Positions 1 to 13,885 of a stretch of 64,000 nt of DNA are shown here, piece after piece. Both the position numbers and the translations under genes were made by a program. How positions within the stretch are numbered: the first letter of the stretch is position 1; every line of letters starts with the position of its first letter. The notes under the pieces are model-generated. The model saw only the letters and a list, made by a program, of their open reading frames with translations, was not told the DNA's origin and made no database searches. Source of the stretch: Octopus vulgaris (Eukaryota); contig OX597814.1 of the NCBI GenBank assembly GCA_951406725.2, positions 79,422,001 through 79,486,000 of the forward strand, in the 5' to 3' direction.

Positions 1-1112
1 ATACTGCCTTCATCTTTGTTATCCTCATATGTATGATCCCTGAAGAATTCTAAACCATAAAATTAACTGGAACATCATTTCATACATTCAAGCAAAAGTG
101 TATAATAAAATAACCCTTACCAACTATCTTAGGGCCTTTCGAAATCTTTTCCTCCAACTTCTAAATGTTCAATAGATATTCTGCTCTAATTTCGTCCAAC
201 AAGCAGAGAATTTTCCCACCCATTATCTTTACAAACAGTTAAACTACACAATTCCAAGCTTCCTTAGGCCTCAGCCTTTGTGTATTTCCTTTTTTAAACA
301 TATGAACTCTAAATATGTAATCCAATAAATATCGTTATGTCTTTGTATATTCTTACGTCTCTATATATCTTATTACTCCTCTTTGCTCGTGGGATTACAT
401 GCATTTTCAATATTTAATATATTGATATGAGCGATTATGAACATTCCAGTAAAATGTCCGTAGTTGTTGATGTGCTGCCCGCCTGATTGAAGTATTACGT
501 AGTTGTAACGTATTTGTGGAGCACTTACCGTTATGTATATTTATATGTGTGCATATCCGTATGTTAGTATATGCAGACCTTCCTAGCTCGATGTAATTTA
601 AATTAAAAGTTTATGCTAAAGCTACTATCTTTCCTTAATATAACTCAATTCCATTCAGAATAGGACATTACGAATGAGAACCAAGCAGTAGTAACCAACA
701 TGTCTACTCATATAACTACTAATATAGCCGGCTGAAAACAGGATCAAATACAATAACGTTTAAATGTAGCTCCTATAATAATTATTTAGCCGTACCACCA
801 TCACATTTTTAATCGCACTGCACGAATCATTCAACTATAATGGCTATAGAATAAACCTTACCCATTTAAAAGCTGGGAAAATAAGTTAACTGCATTAATC
901 TTAACAGCTAAATCGATACAATATATTTTAGACATAAATTGTTAACATATTACACCCAACTATTCATAAACTTCCTACATTCAACACTATGTAGATTTTG
1001 GTGACATTCCATTTACTAGATTATTATGGTTCGATCAACTTTATATATTCTATTTCCCACCTCCCAAATAAACGATGTGATCATTAAAGGAAATGGAAGT
1101 TAGATTATATAT

Positions 1113-1362
1113 CACGTGATCACCGAACAGACTATCAGATGTTGTTACACATCGCTGGAGACAATGCGCTTTACATCGTTTTAGCCTTCGACGATGCTAC
1201 TCCGCTGACTAGGCAGACTAACATTCCACCTCATCCTCCAATCGAAAGTGGGACTGGAGCAACACCCAAGAACACTGATCTCGGAATAGAAGTCCGAGAA
1301 TCGAATTCTCGATCTAGCAATCGTGAGTGCAACAGCTCAACCACTAGGCCACGCACCTTCAC
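1113..1362 (-). mobile_element. tRNA-derived SINE, diverged copy
   Basis: Minus strand begins GTGCGTGGCCTAGTGGTTGAGCTGTTGCACTCACGATTG...GAATTCGATTCTCGG, a tRNA-like head with A/B boxes. The tail CACGTGA..CCGA.CAG.CTATC.GATGTTG.TACACATCGCTGG recurs at ~12572-12665. Confidence 0.65.
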
Positions 1363-1385
1363 AGATTATATATATCTATGTATGC

Positions 1386-1570
1386 GTGACAGAAGTAAAT
1401 AGACAATTCATAAAACATTGGTTTATGTTTATTTAACTTAAAAAGGTATATATTTTTTTACTAATGGACATTTTTATGTTTCAGGTTCTATATGTGACTG
1501 TTAAATCATGCCGCGTACAAAAGAAGCCCTGGAACTGTCCAAATTTCAAAGAGGCCTTATTGTGAGGCAA
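1386..1570 (+). mobile_element. Tc1-like transposon 5' relic
   Basis: ATG at 1508 reads MPRTKEALELSKFQRGLIV, resembling the Tc1 transposase N-terminus (LSxFQRGxIV). No further transposase is visible. Confidence 0.45.
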
Positions 1571-1773
1571 AAATGTTTTAAAAGGTCCTTCTAACAACCT
1601 TTTATCAACTGATTAAAAAAAATCCCCATACGTTTTGTAAACGTCTGACGATGTTTTAATTAAAAGTCTGTCCTTGGGGGTTTTGAGGATGAAATCCTCA
1701 AATTCCTTTCCATCTGTCTCTTTTTTGCTTTTGCTTTGACTTACAAAATCCATAAATTCACTGTTGCACTTGT

Positions 1774-2569
1774 TTACAACTGTAAAATTGATGGATACAT
1801 TTCGTCTACAGTCTGATGACTATTGTTGTTTTTGAAGTTCTGTAATTGGTTGTTTTTGTGTTTCTGTGATTTCATGTTATTGATGCTGTTGCTGTTTTTG
1901 AAGTTTTGCAGTTGTGGTTTCAGAATATGTTTTTGCTGATTCCTCGGAGTAGATCTATGTACTCTCCTTCTGTTTCGCCTCCCCACTTCGGTCAGTGTGA
2001 TCCATTGATTGTTCAGCTCTTCTTTCTTCATGTCATTGCAGCTGATGTTGGTTTGGGAGGTCGAGCATTTAGAAGCTTGCTTTTCCGTGGCAACTGGACG
2101 TAGACTCCTTCTTTGTCTTGGTTTGGAGTGGGTGTGTGCGTAAGTGTGGGTGTAGGTGTAGGAGTCTTGAGCACTTGTTCATGATTTTGCAATTGTGATG
2201 CTTGTAGTGTTGGCAGCAATGGGAGTTTATCTTTTCTTGTTTCAGGGCTGAAAGCCTTTAAATGAGTTACAGATCCACATATGTGACATCTTGGCTTTCT
2301 CCCCTCCACTAACATCGACAGTTGAGTACCATCCGGGAGGTCGATTAGATCAGGCAGTTGATCGATATTGTCTTACTTAGATTGTAAATTCAGTTCCGTA
2401 CCTATACCAGACCATTATTTACATTATTCATATTATTTACATTCGACAGATATTTGTTCTCATCTTGTTTGTTGTTAGCACAACGTTTCGGCTGATATAC
2501 CTTCCAGGCTTCTTCAGGTGTCTTGGGGAAATTTCGAACCTGGGTTCTCATTCCTAAGGTATTCTTCGA

Positions 2570-2639
<70 letters not shown>

Positions 2640-2900
2640 GTTATTATTATTCAGGTCACTCTATAGCAGACCAGTTTTGCTTAGGTATTTTTGACCTCTA
2701 ATATTGTCATTTCGTCTTCTTCTAAACCTGCTAGGACGGCCGCCACTTACCAGGTGATGGATATTTCTGGTGGCACATTCAATACCCTAATCTTGGCAAA
2801 ACGTTGACCGCGGTAGCTGGGGATTAAGAAGTTATCATTCTTTAAAGTGATCGCGGAATGACACCTGGCTTCTTCCGTACCAAATCTCAACTCAGTAGTT
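1774..2900 (-). pseudogene. Non-LTR retrotransposon ORF1 relic (L1/Tx1-like, zinc knuckle)
   Basis: Minus-strand pieces read PSYRGQRFAKIRVLNVPPEISITW (RRM-like) and LPDLIDLPDGTQLSMLVEGRKPRCHICGSVTHLK (CCHC-knuckle-like). Stops are present, and an insertion interrupts it at ~2412-2660. Confidence 0.6.
2412..2660 (-). mobile_element. Short PLE-derived repeat with minimal hammerhead motif
   Basis: Minus strand reads gaCAC-CUGAAGA-agccuggaagguauaucagcc-GAAA-C-GUU-GUG (plus ~2478-2522), next to an (ATT)n tract. It interrupts the ORF1 relic. Confidence 0.55.
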
Positions 2901-3180
2901 CCAGATTTCTTTCCTCAGGTGATATGGGTCTTTTGTTTCCACTCGCTCCCGAGGCATTTTTGTATTTCGCTCTCTGGAGCATTTCCCACCCGCCGAGACT
3001 TAACTCGGATGCAACGGTATGCCACCGTGCATCTCAAAATGTTCACTATCACGTGGGATGGAGGGTTTAGAATCACTCATCTCTCATTCGTTTTCACAAT
3101 TTTCCATGCCATTTAAAAAATATTCTTCATCTATGCGGAAACACAAATGAAGCGGAATCAATGTTCGCGTTTTTATAATT

Positions 3181-3560
3181 TACTAGCAGTATAACCAGGC
3201 GTTGCCCGGGATTAAGTTACGATTACTAAACTAATCAAGTTCTTTATTTCAAACCAAACTAAGTAATATCGACTCTCAACAAAATACTTTTTTACTCGGT
3301 GTAAAATAAAAACAAAACTCTTTCGCACCCAAAGTAATGTGTGTGAGAGAGAGAGAGAGAGAGAGGGGAGAAAGATGAACGATTTAAAATAAATAAATGA
3401 TTTAAAATAAATATATTGCAATTCAAAATCAAAAATCATACTATGACTATAAAATATAGTGTCTTTCAAAAACATCCTGAATTTGAACACTATATCTCGT
3501 GTTTAAGAAAAAAAAGCATCTTACATTTTATTTTTATGAACGTCGTCACTTACTCTCTCC
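3181..3560 (+). mobile_element. Possible non-autonomous Helitron/Helentron-like element end
   Basis: Starts TACTAGCAGTATAACCAGGCGTTGCCCGGG. A similar ACTAGCAGAAAGACCGCGTTCCGG occurs at ~33704. The far boundary is not determined. Confidence 0.3.
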
Positions 3561-4374
3561 CTCTCTCACTTTGTCTTTCCCGTGAAACTCTCTGCCTCCT
3601 TCTTCCGCTTTTCTTTATCTTATTTTTTTTTGTTAGACGCCGTCAAAAAGTTATGGCTGATATTTTTCATGGCTAAAAGCTATGGCTGAAAATAGAATTT
3701 TACCGCTATTCGCGGATGCCTCGGGAAAAAATAAGTTGACAAAACCCAGATAGGATGTTGACGAATGTCCTCCTAAAATTTGAGCGACATGCGTGCTAAT
3801 TTGTGGATGTGCATACATTACAATCACGTACACACACACACACACACAAACACACACACGCACACACATCATGCCTTTTATAGATATGATTTCTTCCATA
3901 TTGTTGTTGTTATTGTTGCTGTTGTTGCTGTCACTGCTGCTGCGGTTGCTGTTGTTATTGTCAATACCAATACTTTTGACGTTGCGTTGAGACAAGACAG
4001 TATTCGCCTCGGTGACGTCATTCAGTTTAGGCCATTCGATATTCTTGTTCTCACTTTTTTCCCGACGAGGAGCGCGTTCCTTTTCCGAACATTATGATGA
4101 CTACTTTATCGGCCATCTTCAAATATTTAAAGAAAATTGCAAAATATTTGCTTTTGCCGAAAGTATTTAAAATTAAAAGTCACTGATGTGCACCCCTTGC
4201 AAAGCAGGTGTGTTTCTACATAGAAATACTATCCGCGCAGTCCAGACAATCTCAGAATTGCAATGGTAACAATAAAAAGGAAGACACGGAGTCTTAGAAG
4301 GCCGAAAAGATTACGAACACTTTTATCAAATTACGGAGCTCCAAATTTCCGTGACTTTACAGTATGGCGGCCAA

Positions 4375-4430
<56 letters not shown>

Positions 4431-4536
4431 TGATGATGATGATGATGAGGAGGAGGATGATGATGATGATGATGGTGATGATGAAGATGATAATGATAAT
4501 AATAACAACAACAACAACAAAAATAATAATAATTAT

Positions 4537-4910
4537 AGCCAAGGTAAAAATAAGCTACTTACTAATTAATCCATCAAGCCCATTTGATTCCAAGATTGTA
4601 AAGATGACGAAAAGCAAAAAGATATAATCCCTTAAAATTTGAAATTGCAAGAATTTGGCGTATGAAAACCGTAAGAGTTGTGCCTGTAATAATTGGTGCA
4701 TTGGGTACCGTAAGTAAAGATATAGACAAATAGTTGAAGGAAATTGGAATAAAATGTCCTGTAGAGTTCTTAGAGACAGGAAAGATTATCAGGAAGGTCT
4801 TAAGTACTAGAAGTCTATTGAAAGCTTCTGGATACCTAAGGTTACGGGTACTAACCGCTACCCATATAAATTCTACCAGGTATAAGAATGTATCTGAGTC
4901 AAATCAAAAC
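4537..4910 (+). mobile_element. R4/Dong-like retrotransposon 3' fragment in (AAT)n
   Basis: Degenerate RLE C-terminus (KFEIARIWRMKTVRVVPVIIGALG) homologous to the end of the 58853-60826 frame. (AAT)n lies on both sides. Confidence 0.7.
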
Positions 4911-4966
<56 letters not shown>

Positions 4967-5283
4967 GGTAAGTTGCATGGCTTAGTAGTTAGAGTATTCG
5001 GCTCGCGATCTTGAGGTCATGAGTTCGATTCCCGACGATGCGTTGTATCCTGAGCAAGAAACTTTATTTCACGTTGCCACTCAGTTGGCAAAACGAGTAG
5101 TATTTGTATTTCAAGGGCCAGCCTTGTCACATTCTGTCTCACGCTGACTCACCCTGAGAACTACACTAAGGGTATACGTGTCTGTGGAGTGCTCAGCCAC
5201 ATGCACGTTAATCTCACGAGCAGGATATTCCGTTGACCGAATCAACAGGAACCTCGTCGTCGTAACCGACGGAGTATCAGTTA
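4967..5283 (+). mobile_element. tRNA-derived SINE (TGAGCAAG..ACTTTATTTCACGTTGC body)
   Basis: Head TGGCTTAGTAGTTAGAGTATTCGG...GAGTTCGATTCCC. Related bodies occur on the minus strand at ~45700-46072 and ~54340-54605. Confidence 0.7.
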
Positions 5284-5285
5284 AA

Positions 5286-5359
<74 letters not shown>

Positions 5360-5572
5360 TAATAATTAACACTTCTCTATGATATCTGCTAGCAATTTTG
5401 TTTAAAAGTAGTATCCCTAGTTAGTTATTTAACTAAGATTCTATAGTGACTATAGAAAATAGTATGTGTTTAAATAGAAGTCTAAATGTTTATTTTGAAT
5501 TCCCCCTTTTCAAAACATTTATTTACAAAAGAATAAAACTTATTACAAACAGAAATCAGTCGAATGCTTTCG

Positions 5573-5614
<42 letters not shown>

Positions 5615-6059
5615 ATGTATTTATATTTATATATAAATGTTCAACCATATACAATTTCTATAGGAAATAACCAGTTAGTTTTATTTACTTATAGATTTAA
5701 ATAGTTATTTCCTACACAATTTGTATATGGTTGAATATTTATTACGATTAAGATGAACTGACATATTTTGTAATAACTTTTTTTTCTTTCATAAATATTT
5801 TGTAATGGGGGAATTCACGATGTACACACTTGGTTTCATTCACTGAAGCAGGTATTATGTTCTATAGAATACAGGCAATATATTAACATATACTGAATCA
5901 GTAAAGTTTGATATTTTTTTCTCTGCTGGAGACTTTTTGTTGATGTAGAAGATTAGATATAGACACCGTTTACGAGAATAGGCCACTCGGTATGTTATCT
6001 TAAGATATATTTATACACGTTTTCTTTTTAATAGCATTGACTAACTATTAGCAATACAA

Positions 6060-6114
6060 GCATACATACATACATACATATATACATACATACATACATA
6101 CATACATACATACA

Positions 6115-6150
<36 letters not shown>

Positions 6151-6259
6151 TATTTGAATGTATGTCTGTGTTTTTGTACAACATACATTCATAGAGATAA
6201 TAATAAAAATAAACACGATTAAGTTTAATATACAAATACACACACACACATACACAGAC

Positions 6260-6353
<94 letters not shown>

Positions 6354-6393
6354 AGAAAGAGAGAGAGAGAGATAGATAGATAGATAGATAGAT

Positions 6394-6482
<89 letters not shown>
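6060..6482. repeat. Compound microsatellite (CATA)n/(TA)n/(GA)n/(GATA)n
   Basis: Directly visible. Representative of dozens of such tracts across the window. Confidence 0.95.
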
Positions 6483-6490
<8 letters not shown>

Positions 6491-6801
6491 CTGAAAATTT
6501 TCAGAAGATGAAAACTCATCTATAAGCATATAGAGATTCTGATATTTACAGAAGAAATTTACATTGAGTACAAGAAATACAGAAAACTAAGGAGAGAGGG
6601 CATTCTGTTTCAGGTCCGCCAGCTGTTTGTGGCGGTTCGGAGTTACGTAATAGTTGTAATGTTGGCAGATGGAATGTGCAGAAAATTAAAGGTATGCGGC
6701 CAGTAGTGGATGCATATAAACATTACCGTAAAGCCGACTACCGTCTTCAGGGTGGTGGCATTGGCAACAAGCCTGTTGACTCTACTTCGAATATGCATAT
6801 A

Positions 6802-6847
<46 letters not shown>

Positions 6848-6855
<8 letters not shown>

Positions 6856-7012
6856 CACGTGTGGCTCTGTATTAAGAGGCTTGCTTACCAACCACATAGT
6901 TCTGGGTTCAGTCGTACAACCTGACACCTTGGAGCAATTGTCTTCTGCTATGGCCTCGGGCTGACCAAAGTTTTTGGAGTGGATTTGATAGACGGAAATT
7001 GAAAGAAGCTCG

Positions 7013-7054
<42 letters not shown>

Positions 7055-8109
7055 TACTCAAAGAATTTGTAACTTTAACTGATTTTCACGTTTTATTTAC
7101 AATCATAATATAATATAATATAATATAATATAATATAATGAAATGATAGAATATCAAATATCCATTCGGATTGAACTAGTACTTTCATGCATTAACCTAC
7201 TATATTTGAAGATAGATATATGTCCAGTCATAGAATGACCAATTGTCCCGCATCCATAAAACTTTCAAGAAGTTTATGAAAAGAATGCCGCACAGGAGCA
7301 GTGCACCTTCGTTGTCTAATAATGAACACGCTTATAAACCTGCTGACATTAGTGGCTAAACTAGAATGGATAGAGCAATTTGCATATTTAACACTTTTTT
7401 GGTAGCTGGTTTGAATATTAAATTGCTAACGTGTTAACTGTATTTCGCCACATTGCTACGATTTACTATAAAAGGTAAACGTACATTTTTTAACCAACAC
7501 TGTCTTACAGCAGATAAAACATTATGTGTGTATATATATATATATACATATATATATACAATATGATTTCACACTGAAAATAAATAGCAGCTATATGAGC
7601 ACGCACATTTCAACTCTGCTTGGAGTCTCGTCAGCAGCTGCCAAGAAAGTGATAAATATGCAAATTATTCTATCCAGTATTTCTTTTGCCAGCTCACCTC
7701 GCCCTTGGACCCGACGAGACCTCCCGCCCGTTCCTGGGATGTCGCTTGTCGTTGGGTTTTCCCCGCCCGTCTCCGCGGGACCACTCTTCCATCTTCCCCT
7801 CCGCTGGAGTCCTTTTCCTACCCCCCCTTTTTTTCGTTACACACACGCGCACACATATACACACATTGCTTAAACATATACATCACTCTTACACACATTC
7901 AATCTACTCGCCACTAATACTACCACGACACTGGACACACACACAATATCAGCGTGTTTACAAGCACACACTCACACATACACACACATCTGTTGCGTTA
8001 CCAACCTTGTCTATATATATGTATATATATATATCTCCGTTGCCCGCTATCTTTCTTTCCTCTCTCTTCCTTCTTTATATATATATATATATGTTTCCCG
8101 TTTGGATTA

Positions 8110-8174
<65 letters not shown>

Positions 8175-8270
8175 CACGTGTGGCTCTGTATTAAGAGGCT
8201 TGCTTACCAACCACATAGTTCTGGGTTCAGTCGTACAACCTGACACCTTGGAGCAATTGAAAGAAGCTCG

Positions 8271-8340
<70 letters not shown>

Positions 8341-9015
8341 TACTCAAAGAATTTGTAACTTTAACTGATTTTCACGTTTTATTTACAATCATAATATAAT
8401 ATAATATAATATAATATAATGAAATGATAGAATATCAAATATCCATTCGGATTGAACTAGTACTTTCATGCATTAACCTACTATATTTGAAGATAGATAT
8501 ATGTCCAGTCATAGAATGACCAATTGTCCCGCATCCATAAAACTTTCAAGAAGTTTATGAAAAGAATGCCGCACAGGAGCAGTGCACCTTCGTTGTCTAA
8601 TAATGAACACGCTTATAAACCTGCTGACATTAGTGGCTAAACTAGAATGGATAGAGCAATTTGCATATTTAACACTTTTTTGGTAGCTGGTTTGAATATT
8701 AAATTGCTAACGTGTTAACTGTATTTCGCCACATTGCTACGATTTACTATAAAAGGTAAACGTACATTTTTTAACCAACACTGTCTTACAGCAGATAAAA
8801 CATTATGTATATATATATATATATATATGTTTATATATATATATATACATATATATATACAATATGATTTCACACTGAAAATAAATAGCAGCTATATGAG
8901 CCGTACATTTCAACTCTGCTTGGAGTCTCGTCAGCAGCTGCCAAGAAAGTGATAAATATGCAAATTATTCTATCCAGTATTTCTTTTGCCACTAATATCA
9001 GCGTGTTTACAAGCT
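6848..9015 (+). repeat. Local tandem duplication of ~0.85 kb (6848-7690 vs 8167-8991)
   Basis: The two copies are near-identical and each starts with a SINE head. Copy 2 lacks a ~61-nt segment bounded by AATTG. Confidence 0.9.
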
Positions 9016-9247
9016 GTCTGTTCGTGGATAGTTAAGAACAGTACACAACCGATGACGAGACGTCAGAGTTGTAATATGCAGCATAAATAGCCGTTCTTTC
9101 TTTTCCTTTCCTATGCGTACTTTGTGTACAGACTGTGTATACATACCGCGTGTACATATATGTGTATACATATTATGTATACAAGCGTAATGTTTGTATT
9201 CGTTGTAACATACAGTGTTGACTAAAAATCAATAGACTTGTTTCAAG

Positions 9248-10041
9248 CAGCGATCCCAAACTGTTTTTTCAACAGACCGGTTTCACACAAGACAGTTTTT
9301 TTACGAACCGTAGGATCACGCATGTTAAAAAGCCCAATAAATGACATATGGAATTTAATTATTAGATCTTTACATAGGTACGTAGACACACACACACACA
9401 TACACACACATACACACACACACACAAACTCACACACACAGACAGAACAAAAATTAGTTGAAGTTCACTACAGCTGTTTCAGACGTGCTTTTGTTGATGA
9501 ATGCACCGATTACATCATGAAAAGAACCGTCTTCAGGTGTATGAAAAATTTAAAACCTAAAAGTTTGGTTCAGAGAAAATATCAATATATGGGATCTGTG
9601 ATGACCCTCTCATTTTGGCAACAAGTGAGAGAATGAGTCTTAAGTTTTAAACATTAATTCACCCGAAGAAGAAGTTTATTCTTCAGGTTGTAATCAGTGT
9701 ATTCATCCACAAGAAAACACGTCTGTAACAGGTGTAGTAAACTTAACGCATTTGTGTTCTTTATTTATGTAAACACTACACCTGGAACTTTCCTTACGTT
9801 GGATCTGGAATTCACAGTTGATCGTGAAACTACATGCCGGCATGCATATGTATAATATTATATACATGTATATTTATATGAATGTGTATATTAATTTCGT
9901 CATGTGTATCTATATGTTAGTATTAGGAGATGTATATACAATGATATATGCGTGAATGTCTATATACGCTATTTGCACGGAAATGTTAAACATCTGTGAC
10001 TTAGTATCATTAAAATACCTTGATTCAAATGAATCCTACAA

Positions 10042-10128
<87 letters not shown>

Positions 10129-10286
10129 CGTGCGTATATATATATATATATATATATAGATACACATACATTATATAAAAACACCTTGAAGATTGCAAAA
10201 GTTAATAAAATAGAAGTGAAATATAATTATTCTTTCTCTGCAACCCGGTAACAAATGATCCACGATTCGGTAGTTGGGGACCCCTG
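9248..10286. mobile_element. hAT (Charlie-like) non-autonomous element
   Basis: Imperfect TIRs: CAGCGATCCCAAAC on the left and GTTGGGGACCCCTG on the right. No transposase. Confidence 0.55.
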
Positions 10287-10939
10287 TTCTATAGCAATAA
10301 ATAGAAAAGCTGTTAATACACCAATAACTTAATATTCTCACATTTAGGTACTAAAATAAACCTTTCGGCTATTTGACATGCCGTGATTTAAGTATACATC
10401 ACATGTACACACACACATACTCGTTTAATGCTTGCGTATCCATTTGTGTGAGTCTAATTTTCCTCTAAGCAGTTATAATAAAACATGGTGGTTTGTATGT
10501 GTTTGTGTGTGTACGTGTGTGTGTCAGTGTGTGTGTTAGAGACAGAGAGGTAGTATGAGTTAAAAGACTTAGATTATGAGGGGAACTACAAACATTGTGA
10601 TGCGGTATCTTATGAGTCAAATATGCGTAGCTAACGGATTAATAAGACTATTGTTAGCTGATTAACAGAGATAATCTATTCTATAGTGGGAAAAGAAAAG
10701 AAGGAATATATAAACAAAGTTGAATGATACTAGCCCTAAATCTCTCGCTTAAATTCCCTGCAGCCTATTTCTTCTCATTGGAATAATTCACTGTGTTATT
10801 GCGGTTCATTACTTTACACTATTCAGTGTAAATATCTACTTAAACAACATCGCCTGCGCGCGCACACACACACACACAAATACACACATGATCCTCGGCT
10901 GGAAGGAAACTATTAGCCATTGGGAGGCAATGATTTAGT

Positions 10940-11140
10940 TAGTTAGTTAATTTTTGGCTCAAAAAGCAAAACGCAAGGCCATGTAGGGGGACATGGAGTT
11001 ATGTAGAGGGTGGCGTTCATGTAAAGAGTTCAAGCCACTTGTGGTCAAGAGAGACTTTGAACCGAGCGGTCGTCGGCATCTTCACCATCTCGTCCGGCAG
11101 CTTATTCCACGGATCAGGAGTTGCTACTCTACAATGTATC
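10940..11140 (-). mobile_element. CR1/L2-like LINE 3' end
   Basis: Minus-strand RVATPDPWNKLPDEMVKMPTTARFKVSLDHKW matches the conserved WNxLP C-terminus of CR1/L2 ORF2. A short (AACT)n-like tail follows. Confidence 0.65.
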
Positions 11141-11181
11141 GTATTCTTTCTCTTTTTAATGTAACCATACAACATATACTG

Positions 11182-11213
<32 letters not shown>

Positions 11214-11214
11214 A

Positions 11215-11450
11215 ACTGAGAATGTGTATCTGTCTGTATGTATGTATGTCTGCATCACTAAAACTCGAAAAGTACTCAACCGATTTCATTAAACTTTTAT
11301 ACATGCCTTACTTAGAGTCCATGCAGTATCATGGGTCTAAAATTTTCAACTTCTTGCCTACTGCGAGTCCGAACCAATCTCTTATCTCTCACACTATTTC
11401 AGTATTACGCGTCAATTGTGAACCATAATAGTTCATACGTTAAATTTAAT
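11215..11450 (+). mobile_element. DINE-1/Helentron-associated-like repeat fragment
   Basis: (TGTC/TGTA)n followed by CTCGAAAAGTACTCAACCGATTTCATTAAACTTT, a motif typical of such elements. Confidence 0.35.
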
Positions 11451-12680
11451 GTATGAACTACCATGGTAGATAATTGCTAGTGCTCCCCCATTTGGAAATG
11501 GATCGGACAGACGTAAATTGTGTATTAGGGAATCGTATCTAATTCTGAAATTATTTAATGCTAATATGCTGAACAAATTTTCAGACGCGATTCCTTCGTG
11601 TTCTATTCTACATAAGTTCTATTCGACATTTTAAAGGACACATAGACTTAGACCTGTATTTGCCGTGAATCTTAGATCATTCTATTCAAGCCGGTATATT
11701 ATCACTTACATATGAACTCTGTAATCTTACTAATAATAAAAAATATACCTATAAGTTCTACTCAACATTTCTAAGGACATATATAATTAGATCCGTTAAC
11801 TAAATCAATGAAAACTTATCTCATCAATATTTGAATTTTGACTATGAACTTTAGATCCTCCCATTCTTGCCAGTATGCTATCATTTGCATATAAGCTTTG
11901 AAAATTGATTAAGAAATATAAAAAAAGTTCTCCTCCTTCTTTAATCTATCAAGTTATTACCATGTAGGATTTCATCACGAAGGAAACAATCCTGATATGG
12001 GGAGGGGGGCATCATGTTTCTGTATTTGGAATATCTAAAACGCCATTTATAAATTTATTGTACCCCTGAAACGGCCGTAGATGATATCCTTTACCCGAAT
12101 TCACCCGAATCTGTATATATTTATTTTATCTATCTATTTATCTACCTATGAATTTTTAAATTTTGAACTCCCATCCAACATTTCGTATAAAAATCAGATT
12201 CTTCAACGATTCGAACAGTTCCTTTTGGAAGCCTATACCTCGAATTCTTATCTCTTTATTTGTTACTCCTCCATTCGGTACTTGAACTCAACGTACATGA
12301 TGCATAGTTTTCAAATAAAACGTTTACATGTAATTTTATTTCTCTGATTTATAAATTTATATGTATATTTATTTCGTTGTGTGTTTTAAATTATGCTTTG
12401 GAATTTGTATTGATTGCCGAGATTTAGCTCGCAATGAGCACTTCTTAGTACAGTTCATATATTGTGAAGTATACTTAAAGAAATACTTTATGAGAAAATT
12501 TAACTTTATGCATATATATGTACACATACACACATACACACACACACATATATTTACGTATATATATATGACCACGTGACCGACCAGGCTATCTGATGTT
12601 GCTACACATCGCTGGTCACAATACGCTTCGTATTGTTTTAGCCTTCAAATAAGCGAGCAGGCCAATATATATATATTTAC

Positions 12681-12749
<69 letters not shown>

Positions 12750-12766
12750 TTTATTTTATAGAAGGA

Positions 12767-12815
12767 GCTTCTACAGGACTAGAACTGTTTCATTCAAAAG
12801 AAATCATCAGGAAGC
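12767..12815 (-). ncRNA. Type I hammerhead ribozyme (PLE-associated)
   Basis: GCUUC-CUGAUGA-UUUC uuuu GAAU-GAAA-CAG uucuaguc CUG-UA-GAAGC. Canonical core, 5-bp stem I, closed stem III and a GUA cleavage triplet. Confidence 0.75.
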
Positions 12816-13040
12816 AATTAGACAAGAGTTGTTTTGGTATTTATACATTTAGGCAGGTTAAAATGGGTGGTGGTGGGGGACTTTTTGGGGGTAGGCATGG
12901 CGCAAAACTGTCATTATTAGGGGAGTTTTCAAAGGAATCGGTGGTAAAGTAGATAAAAGAATAAAAAATAAAAATAAAAATAAAAAAATAAAAAAATATA
13001 AATAGAAAAGTTTTAGTGGGGAGACTCTCACTTGTACATC

Positions 13041-13092
<52 letters not shown>

Positions 13093-13179
13093 CACATATA
13101 CACACCCGCCTATTCACATATATCTATACATATACATACATATATATATACATATATATGTATATATACATATATATGC

Positions 13180-13885
13180 AAGTGTCGAGGTTACAAGGAA
13201 AATGGAGAAAACTGAGTATCGTGCTGTCATGAAGTACCTTTATTTGAAAGACATGAAGATATGGTGAGAACCTTAACAGACAATGCTCCTTCATATTCAA
13301 CAGTCAAACGCTTGGTTAATGAATTCAAGCGTGACAGAGAGAGTGTGGAAGATGATCCTAGACCAGGGAGACCTCCAACTGCAAACACCAAGGACAACCT
13401 TGACTTTGCCGACTGGGGATTTCAATTGAAAGAGCAGACAACATTATGACAAAAGAACTTGCGTTCTCAAAGGGTTCGACAAGCGGGACCCTTGCCTTTT
13501 GACTCCTGAACAGAAACGCACCAGGTGCACTTTGTCCACGAGCAATCTGTAACTGTTTGAAGTCGATGAAGAGAATTTTCTTGCTCGTTTCATTACTATG
13601 GTCGAAAGTTGGGTTCATCACTACCAGCCTAAAACCAAAGAACAATCAAAGCAGTGGAAGCATACATCTTCTCCTACCCTAAAGAAGGCCAGGGTCATTC
13701 CTTCAGCTGGCATGGTTATGGCGTCCGTTTTGAGGGATTCTCAAGGTTTCTTACTGATCGATTACCTTGAAAAGGGTCGCACCGTGACTGGGGTGTATTA
13801 TTCTCAGCTACTGAAACGCCTCCGAAAAGCAATCGAAGAAAAAAGGCCGGGAATGCTCACCAGAGGAGTCCTTTTTCAATACAAC
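13180..13885 (+). pseudogene. Mariner transposase relic
   Basis: Reads [16 protein letters not shown] / APSYSTVKRLVNEFKRDRESVEDDPRPGRP / ESWVHHYQPKTKEQSKQWKH / SAGMVMASV..DSQG.LLIDYLEKGRTVTGVYY. Frameshifted and truncated. Confidence 0.9.
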
